DNA of 64,000 nucleotides from Paraspadella gotoi (GCA_051294375.1 CM119270.1:6751279-6815278), one strand, 5' to 3'; shown: positions 26,329 to 40,818, counted from the first letter of the stretch. The notes: generated by a model from the letters alone, not told the origin. Numbers and translations: made by a program.

Positions 26329-26561
26329 AACCGCCCGACGAAACGTGACCCTCAAATTTCTCTCTCGCCGCTCGACCGAGGACGCCGTTCCACTCCCCGG
26401 CGTCGTCGGCGGCGGCGTCGACAGCGTCGGCAGCGTCGGCGGCGCAGCGTCCGGCGGCGCCGCCTCCAATCTCGATCCCACCGTCGATCGAATCTCGGAA
26501 GTGACGCTGGCGCCGGGAAATCAGGGTCAGGTCGTCGTCATCGTCACCAGCTTCGTTTTGG
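26329..26561 (+). CDS. Ig-superfamily receptor exon 8 (Gly-rich stalk, start of TM helix)
   Basis: TCCAG acceptor (phase 2), G|GTGAGT donor (phase 1). Encodes TARRNVTLKF...GGGVDSVGSVGGAASGG...QGQVVVIVTSFVL. Confidence 0.8.
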
Positions 26562-27859
26562 GTGAGTTAAGTGGGGGAAGGAGAATAGGTGGGGGGTTGG
26601 AAGGGTGGAGAGAAGAGGGGAAGAAGGGTAAGGAGGAGGTAAGGGCGGGGATTGAAGAAATAAGAAGGAACGTCATCGATGAGAGGAGGGAAAAAAAGAG
26701 TTTAGAAAGGGGAAATTAGATAAACTGTTAATAGGATGATGAGGAAAGAAAATTAAATTGCGGTAAAAAATAAAAATATAAAAATTAAAAATTATCGTAA
26801 GTCGTAAATTAGATTGACCTATAACGTTGGCGATGTCATTCACCTTTAAATAATTTTAAAATAATTTATAAATACAACTATTATCTTTCTTTTTTCCCTT
26901 TTTCTATCAAATCTCGTTTAATTTAGGAAATTCTTAAATCGAATTTCGTAAAATCCACTTCGACGTCACAAAAAGAGAACTTTATGTGAATTTTGGGAAT
27001 TTGTCATGAATTTCATTTTCTCTCTTTTTTTTTATTTTTATTGCCTTTTTTGTTTGTTTTTTTTTATTCTACGTACTTTATTTTATTGTCCGAGATGCCA
27101 AAAGGAATACCACTTCTCGAAAAAGGCGGAAGGAATTATGGTTTGACCGAAAGACCCTTTTCGTCAGGGCGAAAGAGGGAGCAAATGAGATGCAGTATTA
27201 GAGAAGAGAGATGAGAGAGAGACGATGAGAGAGAGAGAGAAGAGAGAGAGACGAGAGACCGGAGAGACGAGTCGACGCAGAGAGAGAGAGAGAGCTTTTG
27301 TGAAGCATCCAACCCGAACTAGATTTATTTTCAGCATTTTTTTTTCGGTTTTGCCTTTTATTGACGATACAGGGATGTAGGTATATAACTGGAAGAAAAA
27401 GATTAAAAAAATTACTAAATATGGCAAATATTTAAAAAAAGACAGAAATATGATTATATATATATATACATAATAGGAAGATAAATTAAAAATTAAAACA
27501 AAAAAATCATTGTTTTTACGGACTTTCGCTTCGTTGCGTTAGAATTTGGAGAAAAGAGAATAAAAAAAAATCCTAAAAATCCAAGAAAAATAAAGCTTAC
27601 GGGAAAATTACTTCACGAATCACGATTGTCCTTCAAAAAATTGGGCCAATTGTTTTAGATAGTTTCTATTGGATCAAGATGTTAGTAATGATATTTAAAA
27701 TGAGAAAATCGTTAAAAATTGGTTAAAAGTGGTTGGGGCATGAAAATGTATAAGTCAAGAAGATAAGAAGAGGAAGAGAGAAAGATTATCGACCGCGCAA
27801 CGTTACTTCCGGTGGCTGAAGCGAGAGCAGAAAAAATCCAATTTCACCTCAGGGAGCGA

Positions 27860-27886
27860 GAGAGAGAGAGAGAGAGAGAGGAGGAG

Positions 27887-27925
<39 letters not shown>

Positions 27926-29266
27926 TGAGCAGAAGCTTGAAAGCAGTGTGCTGTTCACTTCCTTCAAGTAATAACATTCAAAACGGATAAAAAACGAATA
28001 TTATATGGAAAAAAAACATAAATAAATAGCAAAGTTGGATAAAGAGAGAGAGAGAGGAGAGAAGAGAGAGAGAGGAGAGAGAGAGAGGCAGAGATCACGC
28101 GGAGAAGCGAATGTCCTGGGATCCAATCTCCGCCTTTATTTATGTCTTTCATTTTTTCACTCTTTTTTTATTTTTAGCTTGATTTTCCCAAACTCTCTCA
28201 CCATTCTAGATGCTTTGTGAGCGTGTTCTTGCGCCATCGTTAGTTCAATGCCAAAGCAGCGTGGAAGAAAAAAAAATGAAAGGAAAAGCCTTGGTTGAAG
28301 GAGAAGAGCTGAGAAATAAGGAAAAAATGGAGGAAAAATGAACAAATAGACGAAAAGATCGAGGGAAATTATAAAGAAAAGAATTTAAAGGAAAATGTTC
28401 AATGTTTGTTAAATGTTAAATGTTATCCAATGTTAGAAAAAGAAGGAAAAAAGAATATTCAGTACTGGAAAACAAAAGAGACCAGCGCAGGAGAAGCAAA
28501 AAAAAAAAAAAGGAAAAAAAAAAGAAAAAAAAAGAAAAGGTTATGAAAGATAAAAAAGGAAGAAGGAAAAGTGCGAGAAAAAGAAAGAGAGAGGAGCGTC
28601 GAAGGTCGGCGCCTTATCAACTCTGGCAGAGTCGAGTGAGGGCGCCATCCCGGCTGTGAAAAAAGGGGGGGATCATGTGAGACTTTGATATTTAGTGAAG
28701 TGGGGAGTTAGGGGATGGGAGAGGTTGACGGGAGTGGGAGTGTGAAGAAGAGTAAGTGAAATAAAAAAGAGAACAATGAATGGTGAAATTGGGCAGAGGA
28801 ACGGGGATTTGCGATGCGTTGCCGGTGAATCTGGTGTTGCTGAAACTTGAAGGAAATAGAGGAGTTCTGGTTTGATTAAGTGTTACCACAGATGATGAAG
28901 AAACAGAAGCGGTTGATGTGGAAAAATCTTGTTGAGTTTAAGGAGGCGAACGTCGGGAAAAACTTCAGATTGAACCACGAGTCGAATAAAGGGGGAAAAA
29001 TGGTGTGGTGGGCAGAAATAAGAACCAGAAAAACGCTTGAAAAAATACTAAGTTGGTGTGAAATGTTTTTTTCTTTTTTACTTGAATTTAAAAAAGAAAT
29101 TGTTNNNNNNNNNNNNNNNNNNNNNNNNNAATTATTGATGCATGATAGGTCATTCACTGCTGTGATTGTAGTATCATGACCTTGCGCATGATAGTCAATT
29201 GTTAAAACAAACGAAATTGCGCTGTATGGAGTGAAAGAGAGAAATGGAACAAGGGAGAAGAGAGAG

Positions 29267-29297
<31 letters not shown>

Positions 29298-29401
29298 AAT
29301 GCTTCAAAAGTTGCTGTTCATTCTTCAATTAATAACTTCAAAAGCGGATAAAAAACGAATATTATATGGAAAAAAAACATAAATAAATAGCAAAGTTGGA
29401 T

Positions 29402-29451
<50 letters not shown>

Positions 29452-30452
29452 ACGCGGAGAAGCGAATGTCCTGGGATCCAATCTCCGCCTTTATTTATGT
29501 CTTTCATTTTTTCACTCTTTTTTATTTTTAGCTTGATTTTCCAAACTCTCTCACCATTCTAGATGCTTTGTGAGCCGTGTTCTTGCGCCATCGTAGTTCA
29601 ATGCCAAAGCAGCGTGGAAGAAAAAAAAATGAAAGGAAAAGCCTTGGTTGAAGGAGAAGAGCTGAGAAATAAGGAAAAAATGGAGGAAAAATGAACAAAT
29701 AGACGAAAAAGATCGAGGGAATTATAAAGAAAAGAATTTAAAGGAAAATGTTCAATGTTGTTAAATGTTAAATGTTATCCAATGTTAGAAAAAGAAGGAA
29801 AAAAGAATATTCAGTACTGGAAAACAAAAGAGACCAGCGCAGGAGAAGCAAAAAAAAAAAAAAAAGGAAAAAAAAAGAAAAAAAAAAGAAAAGGTTATGA
29901 AAGAAAAAAAGGAAGAAGGAAAAGTGCGAGAAAAAAGAAAGAGAGAGGAAGCGTCGAAGGTCGGCGCCTTATCAACTCTGGCAGAGTCGAGTGAGGGCGC
30001 CATCCCGGCGTGAAAAAAGGGGGGGGATCATGTGAGACTTTGATATTAGTGAAGTGGGGGAGTTAGGGGATGGGAGAGGTTGAGGGAGTGGGAGTGTGAA
30101 GAAGAGTAAGTGAAATAAAAAAGAGAACATGATTGGTGAAATTGGCAGAGGAACGGGGATTTGCGATGCAGTTGCCGGTGAATCTGGTGTTGCTGAAACT
30201 TGAAGGAAATAGAGGAGTTCGGTTTGATTAGTGTTACCACAGATGATGAAGAAACAGAAGCGGTTGATGTGGAAAAATCTGTTGAGTTTAAGGAGGCGAA
30301 CGTCGGGAAAAACTTCAGATTGAACCACGAGTCGGATAAAGGGGGAAAAAATGGTGTGGTGGGCAGAAATAAGAACCAGAAAAACGCTTGAAAAAATACT
30401 AAGTTGGTGTGAAATGTTTTTTTCTTTTTTACTTGAATTTAAAAAAGAAATT
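27860..30452 (+). repeat. Tandem duplicate pair (~27860-29102 and ~29255-30452) around a 25-N gap
   Basis: Collinear near-identity. Confidence 0.9.
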
Positions 30453-31739
30453 AGGCGCCGCTGGGTTTGAGAAACAAAGAATGTCGAGTTGAGCTGAAAT
30501 AAAGAGGAAGAAAGGAAGTAATTAACAAAGAAGAGAAAAACTAAAGTGAAAAAAAAATTAAAGAATAAAAAATGGCAAATGAATTGATGGAAAGAAAAGT
30601 GACAAAAATGAGTAAAATAGAGAAAACCGAATCACTGGGGCAAGAAGGAGAAGGAGAGCGAAGAACGGGAACAAATAAATGGGTGGGTGAGGGGAGAAAA
30701 AAGATATTAGGGTGGGCATTACCCACTGGGTAAGGCAAAAAAGAAATAGGGAAAAGAAAAGTGGATGTAAAAGGCGAAGGAAACAAGAGTCGAAGTGGCA
30801 GACTAAAAAGGGGTCACAGTAAAACCTCCCCTAAAAATGGGCGGAAATCTCTAGGGGGAAACAAAGAATTGGGAGGAAGGAAAAAGTTTATAGAAAATCT
30901 AAAAAAAAAAAATTTAGAATAAAAAATAGAAAAAGAGACCAAAAAAATGAGAGAAAGGAAAAACATTAAAGATAAAAAAGATGTAAAGGGCCCGAATACA
31001 ATTGAAAGAGAGGAACTTGCTAAAGGTAAAAAGAAGAAAAATGGTAACAAAAGGAGGAAAAAAGCGCGCCCAAAAAAAAATATATATATTGTGATTTTTC
31101 TTCTTTCAAATTCTTTTTCGTTACCAAAAAAAAGAAAAAAATCGGAAATTCGCGATAAGAGATATTTTTTTCAATTTTTCTTTTCTAGTCAAAGTTTTTC
31201 ATTTTTTTCTTTCATTTTTTCTTTTCTTTTTATTTCACCTCTCAACGTTTTCTTCTCTTCGTCTTCTTCATCTTTGTTTCAGGTCGTTCAACTTCTCCCC
31301 GACGTCACCACATTTTTCTGGGTGTTGAAGGATTTCTTTAAGGGACTTTTTGGTCGGTCTGTCGCTTTATTCTGTTGAACGAGAGGTTGAATAATATACT
31401 GAAATACTTGTGATGTATCCAAACTATCGGTTAGATTTGTCAAGTTGGTTTATGATTTAACAATAAAGATTAATTCATGCTGTTAAAACAAAATACCAAT
31501 AACCGAAAGTTGTATCCACCTGAAATAAATTAGAATTTATGAGTTTTATAAAATTTTAGACGAAACTCCTAAAAAAGATCTCTTTGAAGTTTCATAAATT
31601 GGGGTTGTATGTTGTATAAAAATAGATGGGCATATCGAATTCTCTGCTTATCAAGTTTAAAACTTGAAAGGGTGAAAATTTTGAAAAAAGCGAGGATGTG
31701 AAAAAGTAAAAAACACAGAGAGAGAGAAAGAGAGAGAGC

Positions 31740-31811
<72 letters not shown>

Positions 31812-32188
31812 GAGCGAAAATATTGGCAAGAAAGGTTTAAGAATTACATCACCGGAAACCAAGTTTGAGACACACAAAGCGTCACGAACGGAGAAGATTC
31901 TTTACTCAACTTTTAACTTTTCCTAACTTTTTAACTAATATTTTAATATTTAATATGATAAAAAAAAGGTACGCCGGATTGCAATTGAACATTGCGGTTT
32001 TGATCGCCCAGCCGATACGAACCCTTCAAGACGAGCCGAGGTCAGCAGCCTAAGTTTAAAAAGAAAAGAAATTTGATTTTGAAAAAACTGGAAACTTTCT
32101 TCAAATTTCGTTTTAGAAATTCTTTGGCCTTCAACTCAAAAGTTAATGTTTCAACGAGTTCGTCCCAGTAACCGGGTCATGAAGTCCT

Positions 32189-32321
<133 letters not shown>

Positions 32322-32907
32322 CGTTTCCTAACTAAAATAGCGATCAGGACTCCGAAGCTAGGAAAAAAAAAACCGTCTCTCAAACATTAAGAGGCTTTTT
32401 AAAATGATAATAACATTTTCCTCCCAGTTCCAATTTAATTTTTTTTCTTATTCTTTTTAATTTTATTTCTGCTTTAATGTTTTCTTTCTTTCTTCACTTT
32501 TTCATTCAATTTTCTTCACCTCGTCGATTCACGCTTTTAAAAGGTTTTTTTTTCACGGTTTTGAAATTTGACTCCTCTTTTGTAGCCGTGGATTTTTAGC
32601 TAAACGTTATTGGTTTACCTTATTAAATAATTTTAATTTGTATATATACATATATATACGTAGGCTACTAGAATATTACACTGGTTTTTGTTTTAGTTTA
32701 TTTAGAAATAGTAAATATTTAATTGTAAATAGAAAAAGAAACTCTATCACTGAAAAGTGAATGATTACAATTACCTCGGGACTCTGCTGATTACAAATAA
32801 AAATCATTAAATGGAGGTTCTTTAAAAATTTTTTTTTTCAAATAGCCAAAGGCACATTTCACGAAGCCTGATTACTCTCTCCATCCCCTCACCGCCCAAA
32901 CCTCCAG

Positions 32908-33107
32908 GACTGATCTCAGTGACGATCGTCATCATCGTCATCCTCTTTCACAAACGCGGCATCCTTTGTCCCTTACCATCCTCACCCAACGAGGGTCAGA
33001 CCTTCTCGACTCACGCCTTCGCTCACCCGCCCGCCTACGTCGCCTCCTCGCCCGCCATGTGGCATTTCACGCAGATGTCGTCGCCCGTCTCCGCCCTCTG
33101 CGATTCG
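32908..33107 (+). CDS. Ig-superfamily receptor exon 9 (end of TM helix, cytoplasmic tail with PPAY)
   Basis: CTCCAG acceptor (phase 1) completes the TM segment VVVIVTSFVLGLISVTIVIIVILF, followed by HKR. Ends at TCG|GTGAGT, so further exon(s) are expected. Confidence 0.8.
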
Positions 33108-33786
33108 GTGAGTTGTCGTTGTTGTTGTTGTTGTTGTTGTTGTCTTCTGCCTTACTCCGTCCTTTCGCCGCCTTTTTCGCTTCCATTCGCGAATTGATTT
33201 GTATCAATGTTGACGTCTCTGATGTTTCGGTTGATGTTGTTGTTTTTGTTTTTCGGCTCTGCTACACTTTCGAGTTTCGTCGTTGTTGTTGTCTTCGTTG
33301 TCGTCGTTGTGGACGACGTAACTGTCGTCGTCGTCGTCGTCGTCTTTTTCCCTTTAACGTTTCTTACCTTTTTATCTCCGATGCGTGAATATAAAAGTTC
33401 GTTGTTGTTTCCGTTATTATTGTTGTTATCTTTCTACCTCAACAGGTGACGTTGCTCTTTTTTTCGTCATCTTATCTTCTCTTACTCCTCTCGCGGCGCC
33501 AAACGAGTATTCGCCCACGTATTCGTATTTCGCTGCCAGAGGATAAACAAAATAACACACAACTTTAAGTAAAGTTAAAAGTTTAATTACATACACACCG
33601 AGCAGCTATGTTACTTTCCTTAAAACGAAATAAAGAAGTCTTGATGTTCGCTCGTGACTTTGCATCTGAGTTTTTAGTTGGGGAATACTAGAAGGATTTT
33701 CTTTATTTTTTAGAAACGTTTTAAATTTCTTTTTAAGGGTTTTTTTTTTATTTCATCGACTCAACCTGTAGAGTTGACTTTTTTAA

Positions 33787-34368
33787 GGGGACCAAGTGAA
33801 CAGGGGGGGTAAAAAGCTGAAAACATAACGTTTGACCCTTTAACTTATGCTGGTTCTGACCATATAATTTTTTCTTCTATAACCATTTGGGAAAGTAGTT
33901 AAAAAATTCGATAAAATCAGCGANNNNNNNNNNNNNNNNNNNNNNNNNNNNNNNNNNNNNNNNNNNNNNNNNNNNNNNNNNNNNNNNNNNNNNNNNNNNN
34001 NNNNNNNNNNNNNNNNNNNNNNNNNNNNNNNNNNNNNNNNNNNNNNNNNNNNNNNNNNNNNNNNNNNNNNNNNNNNNNNNNNNNNNNNNNNNNNNNNNNN
34101 NNNNNNNNNNNNNNNNNNNNNNNNNNNNNNNNNNNNNNNNNNNNNNNNNNNNNNNNNNNNNNNNNNNNNNNNNNNNNNNNNNNNNNNNNNNNNNNNNNNN
34201 NNNNNNNNNNNNNNNNNNNNNNNNNNNNNNNNNNNNNNNNNNNNNNNNNNNNNNNNNNNNNNNNNNNNNNNNNNNNNNNNNNNNNNNNNNNNNNNNNNNN
34301 NNNNNNNNNNNNNNNNNNNNNNNNNNNNNNNNNNNNGCTTATGATATCATTTTTATCACTGGGTCCCC
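33787..34368. mobile_element. Second, gap-interrupted copy of the Kolobok-like MITE
   Basis: TTAA|GGGGACC ... GGTCCCC|TTAA with the same flanks as the 36253-37129 copy. The interior is mostly N. Confidence 0.6.
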
Positions 34369-34428
34369 TTAAACGGAAAAAAGGGAAAAATCTTCATTGA
34401 TATAAAACGAGTTGACTTTTAAAACGTC

Positions 34429-34464
<36 letters not shown>

Positions 34465-35268
34465 NNNNNNNNNNNNNNNNNNNNNNNNNTAGTTAGTAGT
34501 CTACCGTCTTTCTATAAGAAATAATCACGAGGAAGACTTTTTTCAATGGAAGGATATTCTGTTTAAATCTACTACCAAATAATTGTCACCGCCCCTGGGG
34601 AAAAAAATCAGGTAAAAATAGATGTAAAAACAACTCGATTCCGAATCCTGTTCGCATCGAAGGGCTCGCATTATTTTCTTCTCTTGGACAATAACCATCA
34701 TATTTGACCATCGAACCATTCGATTCAAATATGGACTTCTGGTCCGCTCGCGGAAGAAATATTTTTGACGCAGATTTTTATATAAAAATAAAGGGATTTT
34801 CTCACTTCAATTAAATGTCAACGCATTTAAGGTATGATTGTCATTTCATTTACAAATAAACTATTAATTCAGGACATCTGATAGCAAATATGTCTGAAGC
34901 GGCTCTCAAAATTTTTTCTTAGCATTTCATTTGTTATTTGAATATGATAACGATCATTTTAAAGTGAATTAGTCCCATTTTAGGTGAAATTTATTTAAAG
35001 TAAAAGTAAAAAGAGGAGCTAACGATCGGAATTCTAAGAAGTTTTCACGCGGGAAAGTCAGATTCTGAAAAAATTCTTATATGCGAAAATCTTCCAAAGA
35101 AGGGCGTGGATTTTCCGAAAGATTTTGGTTAATATTTTCTAATATTTATTGGTCGGGATTTTTTGAAACTTAAAAAATAAGCAATATTGCAATCATTCAT
35201 ACATTGGCCGGTACAAAGAATATATTTAAAAAAACCTCTGACTTTTTTTTGTCAAGAGCTTAGTCGCT

Positions 35269-37200
35269 ATGGAGGTTCTTTAAAAATTTTTTTTTTCAAA
35301 TAGCCAAAGGCACATTTCACGAAGCCTGATTACTTTCTCCATCCCGTCACCGCCCAAACCTCCAGGACTGATCTCAGTGACGATCGTCATCAATCGTCAT
35401 CCTCTTTCACAAACGCGGCTCCTTTGTCCCTTACCATCCTCACCCAACGAGGGTCAGACCTTCTCGACTCACGCCTTCGCTCACGCCGTCCGCCTACGTC
35501 GCCTCCTCGCCCGCCATGTGGCATTTCACGCAGATGTCGTCGCCCGTCTCCGCCCTCTGCGATTCGGTGAGTTGTCGTTGTTGTTGTTGTTGTTGTTGTT
35601 GTGTCTTCTGCCTTACTCCGTCCTTTCGCCGCCTTTTTCGCTTCCATTCGCGAATTGATTTGTATCAATGTTGACGTCTCTGATGTTTCGGTTGATGTTG
35701 TTGTTTTTGTTTTTCGGCTCTGCTACACTTTCGAGTTTCGTCGTTGTTGTTGTCTTCGTTGTCGTCGTTGTGGACGACGTAACTGTCGTCGTCGTCGTCG
35801 TCGTCGTCTTTTTCCCTTTAACGTTTCTTACCTTTTTATCTCCGATGCGTGAATATAAAAGTTCGTTGTTGTTTCCGTTATTATTGTTGTTATCTTTCTA
35901 CCTCAACAGGTGACGTTGCTCTTTTTTTCGTCATCTTATCTTCTCTTTACTCCTCGCGGCGGCCAAACGAGTATTCGCCCAGTCATTTCGTATTTCGCTG
36001 GCCAGAGGATAACAAAATAACACACAACTTTAAGTAAAGTTAAAAGTTTATATTACATACACACCGAGCAGCTATGTTACTTTCCTTAAAACGAAATAAA
36101 GAAAGTCTTGATGTTCGCTCGTGACTTTGCATCTGAGTTTTTAGTTGGGGAATACTAGAAGGATTTTCTTTATTTTTAGAAACGTTTTAAATTTCTTTTT
36201 AAGGGTTTTTTTTTATTTCATCGGACTCAACCTGTAGAGTTGACTTTTTTAAGGGGACCAAGTGAACAGGGGGGGTAAAAAGCTGAAAACATAACGTTTG
36301 ACCCTTTAACTTATGCTGGTTCTGACCATATAATTTTTCTTCTATAACCAATTTGGAAAGTAGTTAAAAAATTCGATAAAATCAGCGAGCTTAATTTTCT
36401 TTAAAAATCGGTAAGAAGAAAATCTTTTTCAAGTTTAAAATTTTTTTTCCAAAAAAGAGTAAGATCTAATTTAAAAAGATTTTCAGCTTTTATTACAAAA
36501 AATTTATAAGAAAAAAAACTAGGAATGAATCAAAATTTAAGGTATCGACTGATTTTATTTAAACTTTCTTTTCAAATGATTCTGTTAATTGGATGAAAAT
36601 AAAACTCTTTGAAGTAATATAAATAATAAAGAAGAGAAAGATTCTATACTTTTGCTAAATTTTTAATTGTTATAATTAGGAATCAATATAGTTTAATAAT
36701 ACATTTAAAGGATGAATATGAATATTAATTAATAATTATTACAGTTTTGTTTCTGTAAGAATATAATTTAGGTTTGATTTGGCTGCTTTTAAGTAAATAT
36801 AAAAATAAAAAATAATATTGTCTTGTAAAGCCTTTGTTCAATGAGGCTTAAACCTAAAATTGTAGCTTTGTACAATAAAAAATAAAAAATTAGAATTTAG
36901 TAAAAAATACTTTCTAATGCAAAATAAAATAATGGATTATATAAATATTTAGGTAGGGTCAACTAAATTTTTTTTTCATAATTATCAAATTTTTGTTTCC
37001 GCTACAATAAGAGATAGGAATTTTTTTTGCCACTTTCCCGTGCAAAGAAAAATTAATGACTATCACCATTCAAATTCCTTTGATGATAGACCCTTAAGCT
37101 TATGATATCATTTTTATCACTGGGTCCCCTTTAAACGGAAAAAGGGAAAAATCTTCATTGATATAAAAACGAGTTTGACTTTTAAAACGTCATTCTCTCT
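35269..37200 (+). repeat. Duplicate of 32811-34464 (includes a frameshifted copy of the TM exon)
   Basis: Collinear near-identity, with a 25-N gap at 34465-34489. Confidence 0.9.
36253..37129. mobile_element. Non-autonomous DNA transposon (MITE), Kolobok-like
   Basis: Terminal inverted repeats GGGGACCAAGTGA / TCACTGGGTCCCC flanked by TTAA, with an AT-rich non-coding interior. A TTAA target with purine (GG) 5' termini fits Kolobok rather than piggyBac. Confidence 0.65.
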
Positions 37201-37202
37201 CT

Positions 37203-37300
<98 letters not shown>

Positions 37301-37457
37301 GACACGCACAGACTAACTCTCGACGATCTCTGTCGTTGACGCGATTCGTCATCAGAGACAGAGAGCGAGCGAGAGAGAGAAAAAAAATCGCTCTTCTCTC
37401 TGCTTTTTTTCTTCCTTTCCTTTTCTCCTTTATCTCTTTCTATCTTTCCTCGTCTAT

Positions 37458-37541
<84 letters not shown>

Positions 37542-38548
37542 TTATTCCCCCTCCTCTCTCCCTCCTTCCTCTAAAAGTAAAGGATTGAAAAGTGAGAATA
37601 AAAAAGATAATAGGATGAGATAGATTTGATCCGTAAAAGCGTGAGGGAAGTGTGAGTATAGTGATAGAGTGGAACGGGTTGGGGCACGTCGCTAAGACTG
37701 GGTTCTTTTGACGAGCGCCAAGTGGGGAGTGGGCGGTGATAGTGATAAAAAGGTCGGAAAAGGGGGAAGCGTTTGTAATAATTTATCTCCGGCGTAAAAT
37801 ATGGCGCGTGTTCGCGAGTCAAACGACGACGAGGAGTACCACCCTCTGTCCCTCGATGCCATCCCATCCTTTCCGACCTTGCCATGCTTGCCGACCCTGC
37901 CTTCCTTGCCGATCTTTCCAATCCTGCCGACCTTTTAGAAGGCGGGCCCGTCTCGCTTAACCTTTCCCTTCTTCTTTGAAGTTTTGTGATGCGACGTCAA
38001 ACGCGAAGAAAATAGGGGCGAGACTCTGTGACGGGTCACCGACTAAATTTAGAAGCTAATGCTGTTATTAGGTTAAGTTCGTTTCCTTAAACGTTTGTGT
38101 AATTAAAAATATTGTCGTCAAACTATATTTGCCTTCGAGTTAATTCTTTTTGAGATTCCGAAATAACCACGTTTGTGGATTGAGGCTAATCGAAGAATAT
38201 CGCACAAACGATGGGCAGAATGTGGAAATATGTTTGTTATGAGAAATGGAGACTTTAGAACAAAATTAAGGTGAAAGAGGGAACAAATAAAATTAAATAA
38301 AAAAAAAAGGATAAAATACGTAAAAAATCTGAGGAAATGAAACGAGAAAAACGATGAAAGTAAAAAAAAGGAGGAAAAGAAAAAAAAAGCGAAAAAAAGG
38401 AAAGAAGAAGAACAAAAGGAGGAAAAGAAAAAAAAAGGAAAAAAAGGAAAGAAGAAGAAAAAATATTATTGACGGGAGAGGAGGCGAGAATACTAACAAC
38501 AAGAGTCAGTGGTGGAATTATAATCGAAAGACAAACAGACCAAAAAAA

Positions 38549-38659
<111 letters not shown>

Positions 38660-39093
38660 GAAGCGTTGAAATGAAATGAATAACAGACGAAAACAGTTGA
38701 AGAAGCAGAAGACAATGGGTGGAGATCTTCTCACTGAACGGCTGACAGTTACGGTATAATGGGTTGACAGATCAAAAAATGACAAAGACAAAGATGGCAA
38801 TATTGTTTTCTTTCTTTACAGAAAACACCTTTGATTTCGATGTCCGAATTTTTAAAATATATTTTTGTAACTATCAACAAATCTCCCGATATCCAAATTA
38901 CTTTAGACTTTTCCGTAATAGCTAAAACAATTTTAGTTAAGCACTTCTAACTTCATTCCTACTAAATACAAACTCAGTCATATACAAAATTTTCAAACTC
39001 ACAATCACAACTCATTCACGCGATTCCATCTTCTCTTATCTTTGAATCGTAATAGTTTTCCGAGTAAATCTCTTTTTTTTCTATAATGACTGC

Positions 39094-39139
<46 letters not shown>

Positions 39140-39299
39140 TCTCCTCTCTCTCTCTCTCATCTCTCTCTCTCTTCTTTCACTCATTAGTAAATCGATTCCA
39201 AGGTGAGACTTTTATCGCGCGATTCGCATTTCATATGGCATCAGCGACATCAATCGATGCGCTTCAACGCATTTGGATTAATGAGTCCGTCTTCTCGTC

Positions 39300-39386
<87 letters not shown>

Positions 39387-39787
39387 CGCCATCTGGAATA
39401 CAATTTATATAATTTCTCTTAAATATCTTTACTCCCTTTTCTTATTTTCTCGCTTCGTGTTAAAAATTTTTGAGAGTAAATAACTAAATATATTTATTTA
39501 TTTTTTTATTCTTTCTGCGTCGCTTGTTCTAATTTTAGGCCATGGCATCAAATGAGTCGAAAATCGAAACGCGAAAAAGCATTGTGATTTGTGATTTGTG
39601 ATATGCAAATTTTCTGTGAATTAGCGAAAAGTTCAGTCACATAGTTAGTAGTAGTTAGTTGGTTAATTATATTCACTAGTTTTAAAATGTGTACTCTCCA
39701 CGAGGAAAAATAAGAGCATACATACTACATACATAGATATATGTATAAAGTATATAAATTTAAATAAATACAGCATATTTTGCCTTT

Positions 39788-39990
39788 GTGGATGACGATG
39801 GCGGGACCAGCTCACAGTCCGTTGTACACAAGGTCCCAAACTTCAGATCGGGCTCTAGTCGGTCACTGCAGGTGGGTTTGACCCCGCGTCCCGCTTATAC
39901 TTGTGTGAATCAGCAGGGCGCGAACCCGAGTCCTTTGGGTTGGAGAGGAGCTCGTGCTCCCTCCGGCGCCAAAGGTGCTGCTGATTCTCG
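39788..39990 (-). mobile_element. tRNA-derived SINE-like element, same family as 5648-5843
   Basis: The reverse strand shares ATCAGC, TTGGYGCCGGAG, CCAACCCAAAGG, GGGTTC and the 3' GCCYGATCYGAAG..GGGAC..AACGG blocks in the same order. Confidence 0.65.
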
Positions 39991-40158
39991 GAGGAGTACC
40001 GGGCTAAGAAATACTACCGCTACACTCTGGTCCTTTGCTTCATGATTTTTTCTATCATCATCTTCCGACGAGAAATAAATGTTTCGACGGAAAGAAACTC
40101 AAGAAACAAAGAGATGAACGGAAAAAGAGAGAGAGGAGATAGATGAGAGAGAGAGATC

Positions 40159-40225
<67 letters not shown>

Positions 40226-40818
40226 AGAGAGAGAAGAGATGACGAGAGTGAGATAAACAAAGATGTAAACAAAGAAGATATAACTGGGGAGATAAACACG
40301 AAGTCACTGGCCGATTTCGAACCGCGGAAAACGTCTTAGATTCGTGTTTTGTTTCGGAAGAACGACGTCAAACATTAGCGAGGGGGAGAGAAAATGGGGA
40401 GAGGGAGAGATATAGATAGAAAGAGAGAGAGAAAGAGAGAAAGAGAGGATGAGATAGTAAGTATACAAAAGGAGAGAGGCATGAAGGACGGAATTAAGAT
40501 CCAAATAGAGAAAGAAAATGCATGAAAGAGGATTTTAAAAAATGAGAGAAGTATGTAGTAAAAAAAAGAATAAGTCAAAAGATGAAAACAAGAAAGGAAG
40601 AGAGGGAGGTAATTTTATAACTAATATAAAAAAAGGTCTGACAGAAAAGAGTAGATGAAGTAAAGGGAGGAAAAGGAGGAAAGAGGGGAAAGCTGTTCCA
40701 AAAGTCTCACTTTCGGTTTCTGCCCTCTTTAAAAATTCAAAGTTTCATTTCCCCGGAATCCGTTGGACTTTTCTGCCGATTTTTATTGGATTTCTTCCTT
40801 TTGTTTCATGTAAAAAAG

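Noticed and set aside
29972-30391. Possible nested coding exon in intron 8
   Set aside because: There are short open frames on both strands, but no recognisable motif or consistent splice sites.
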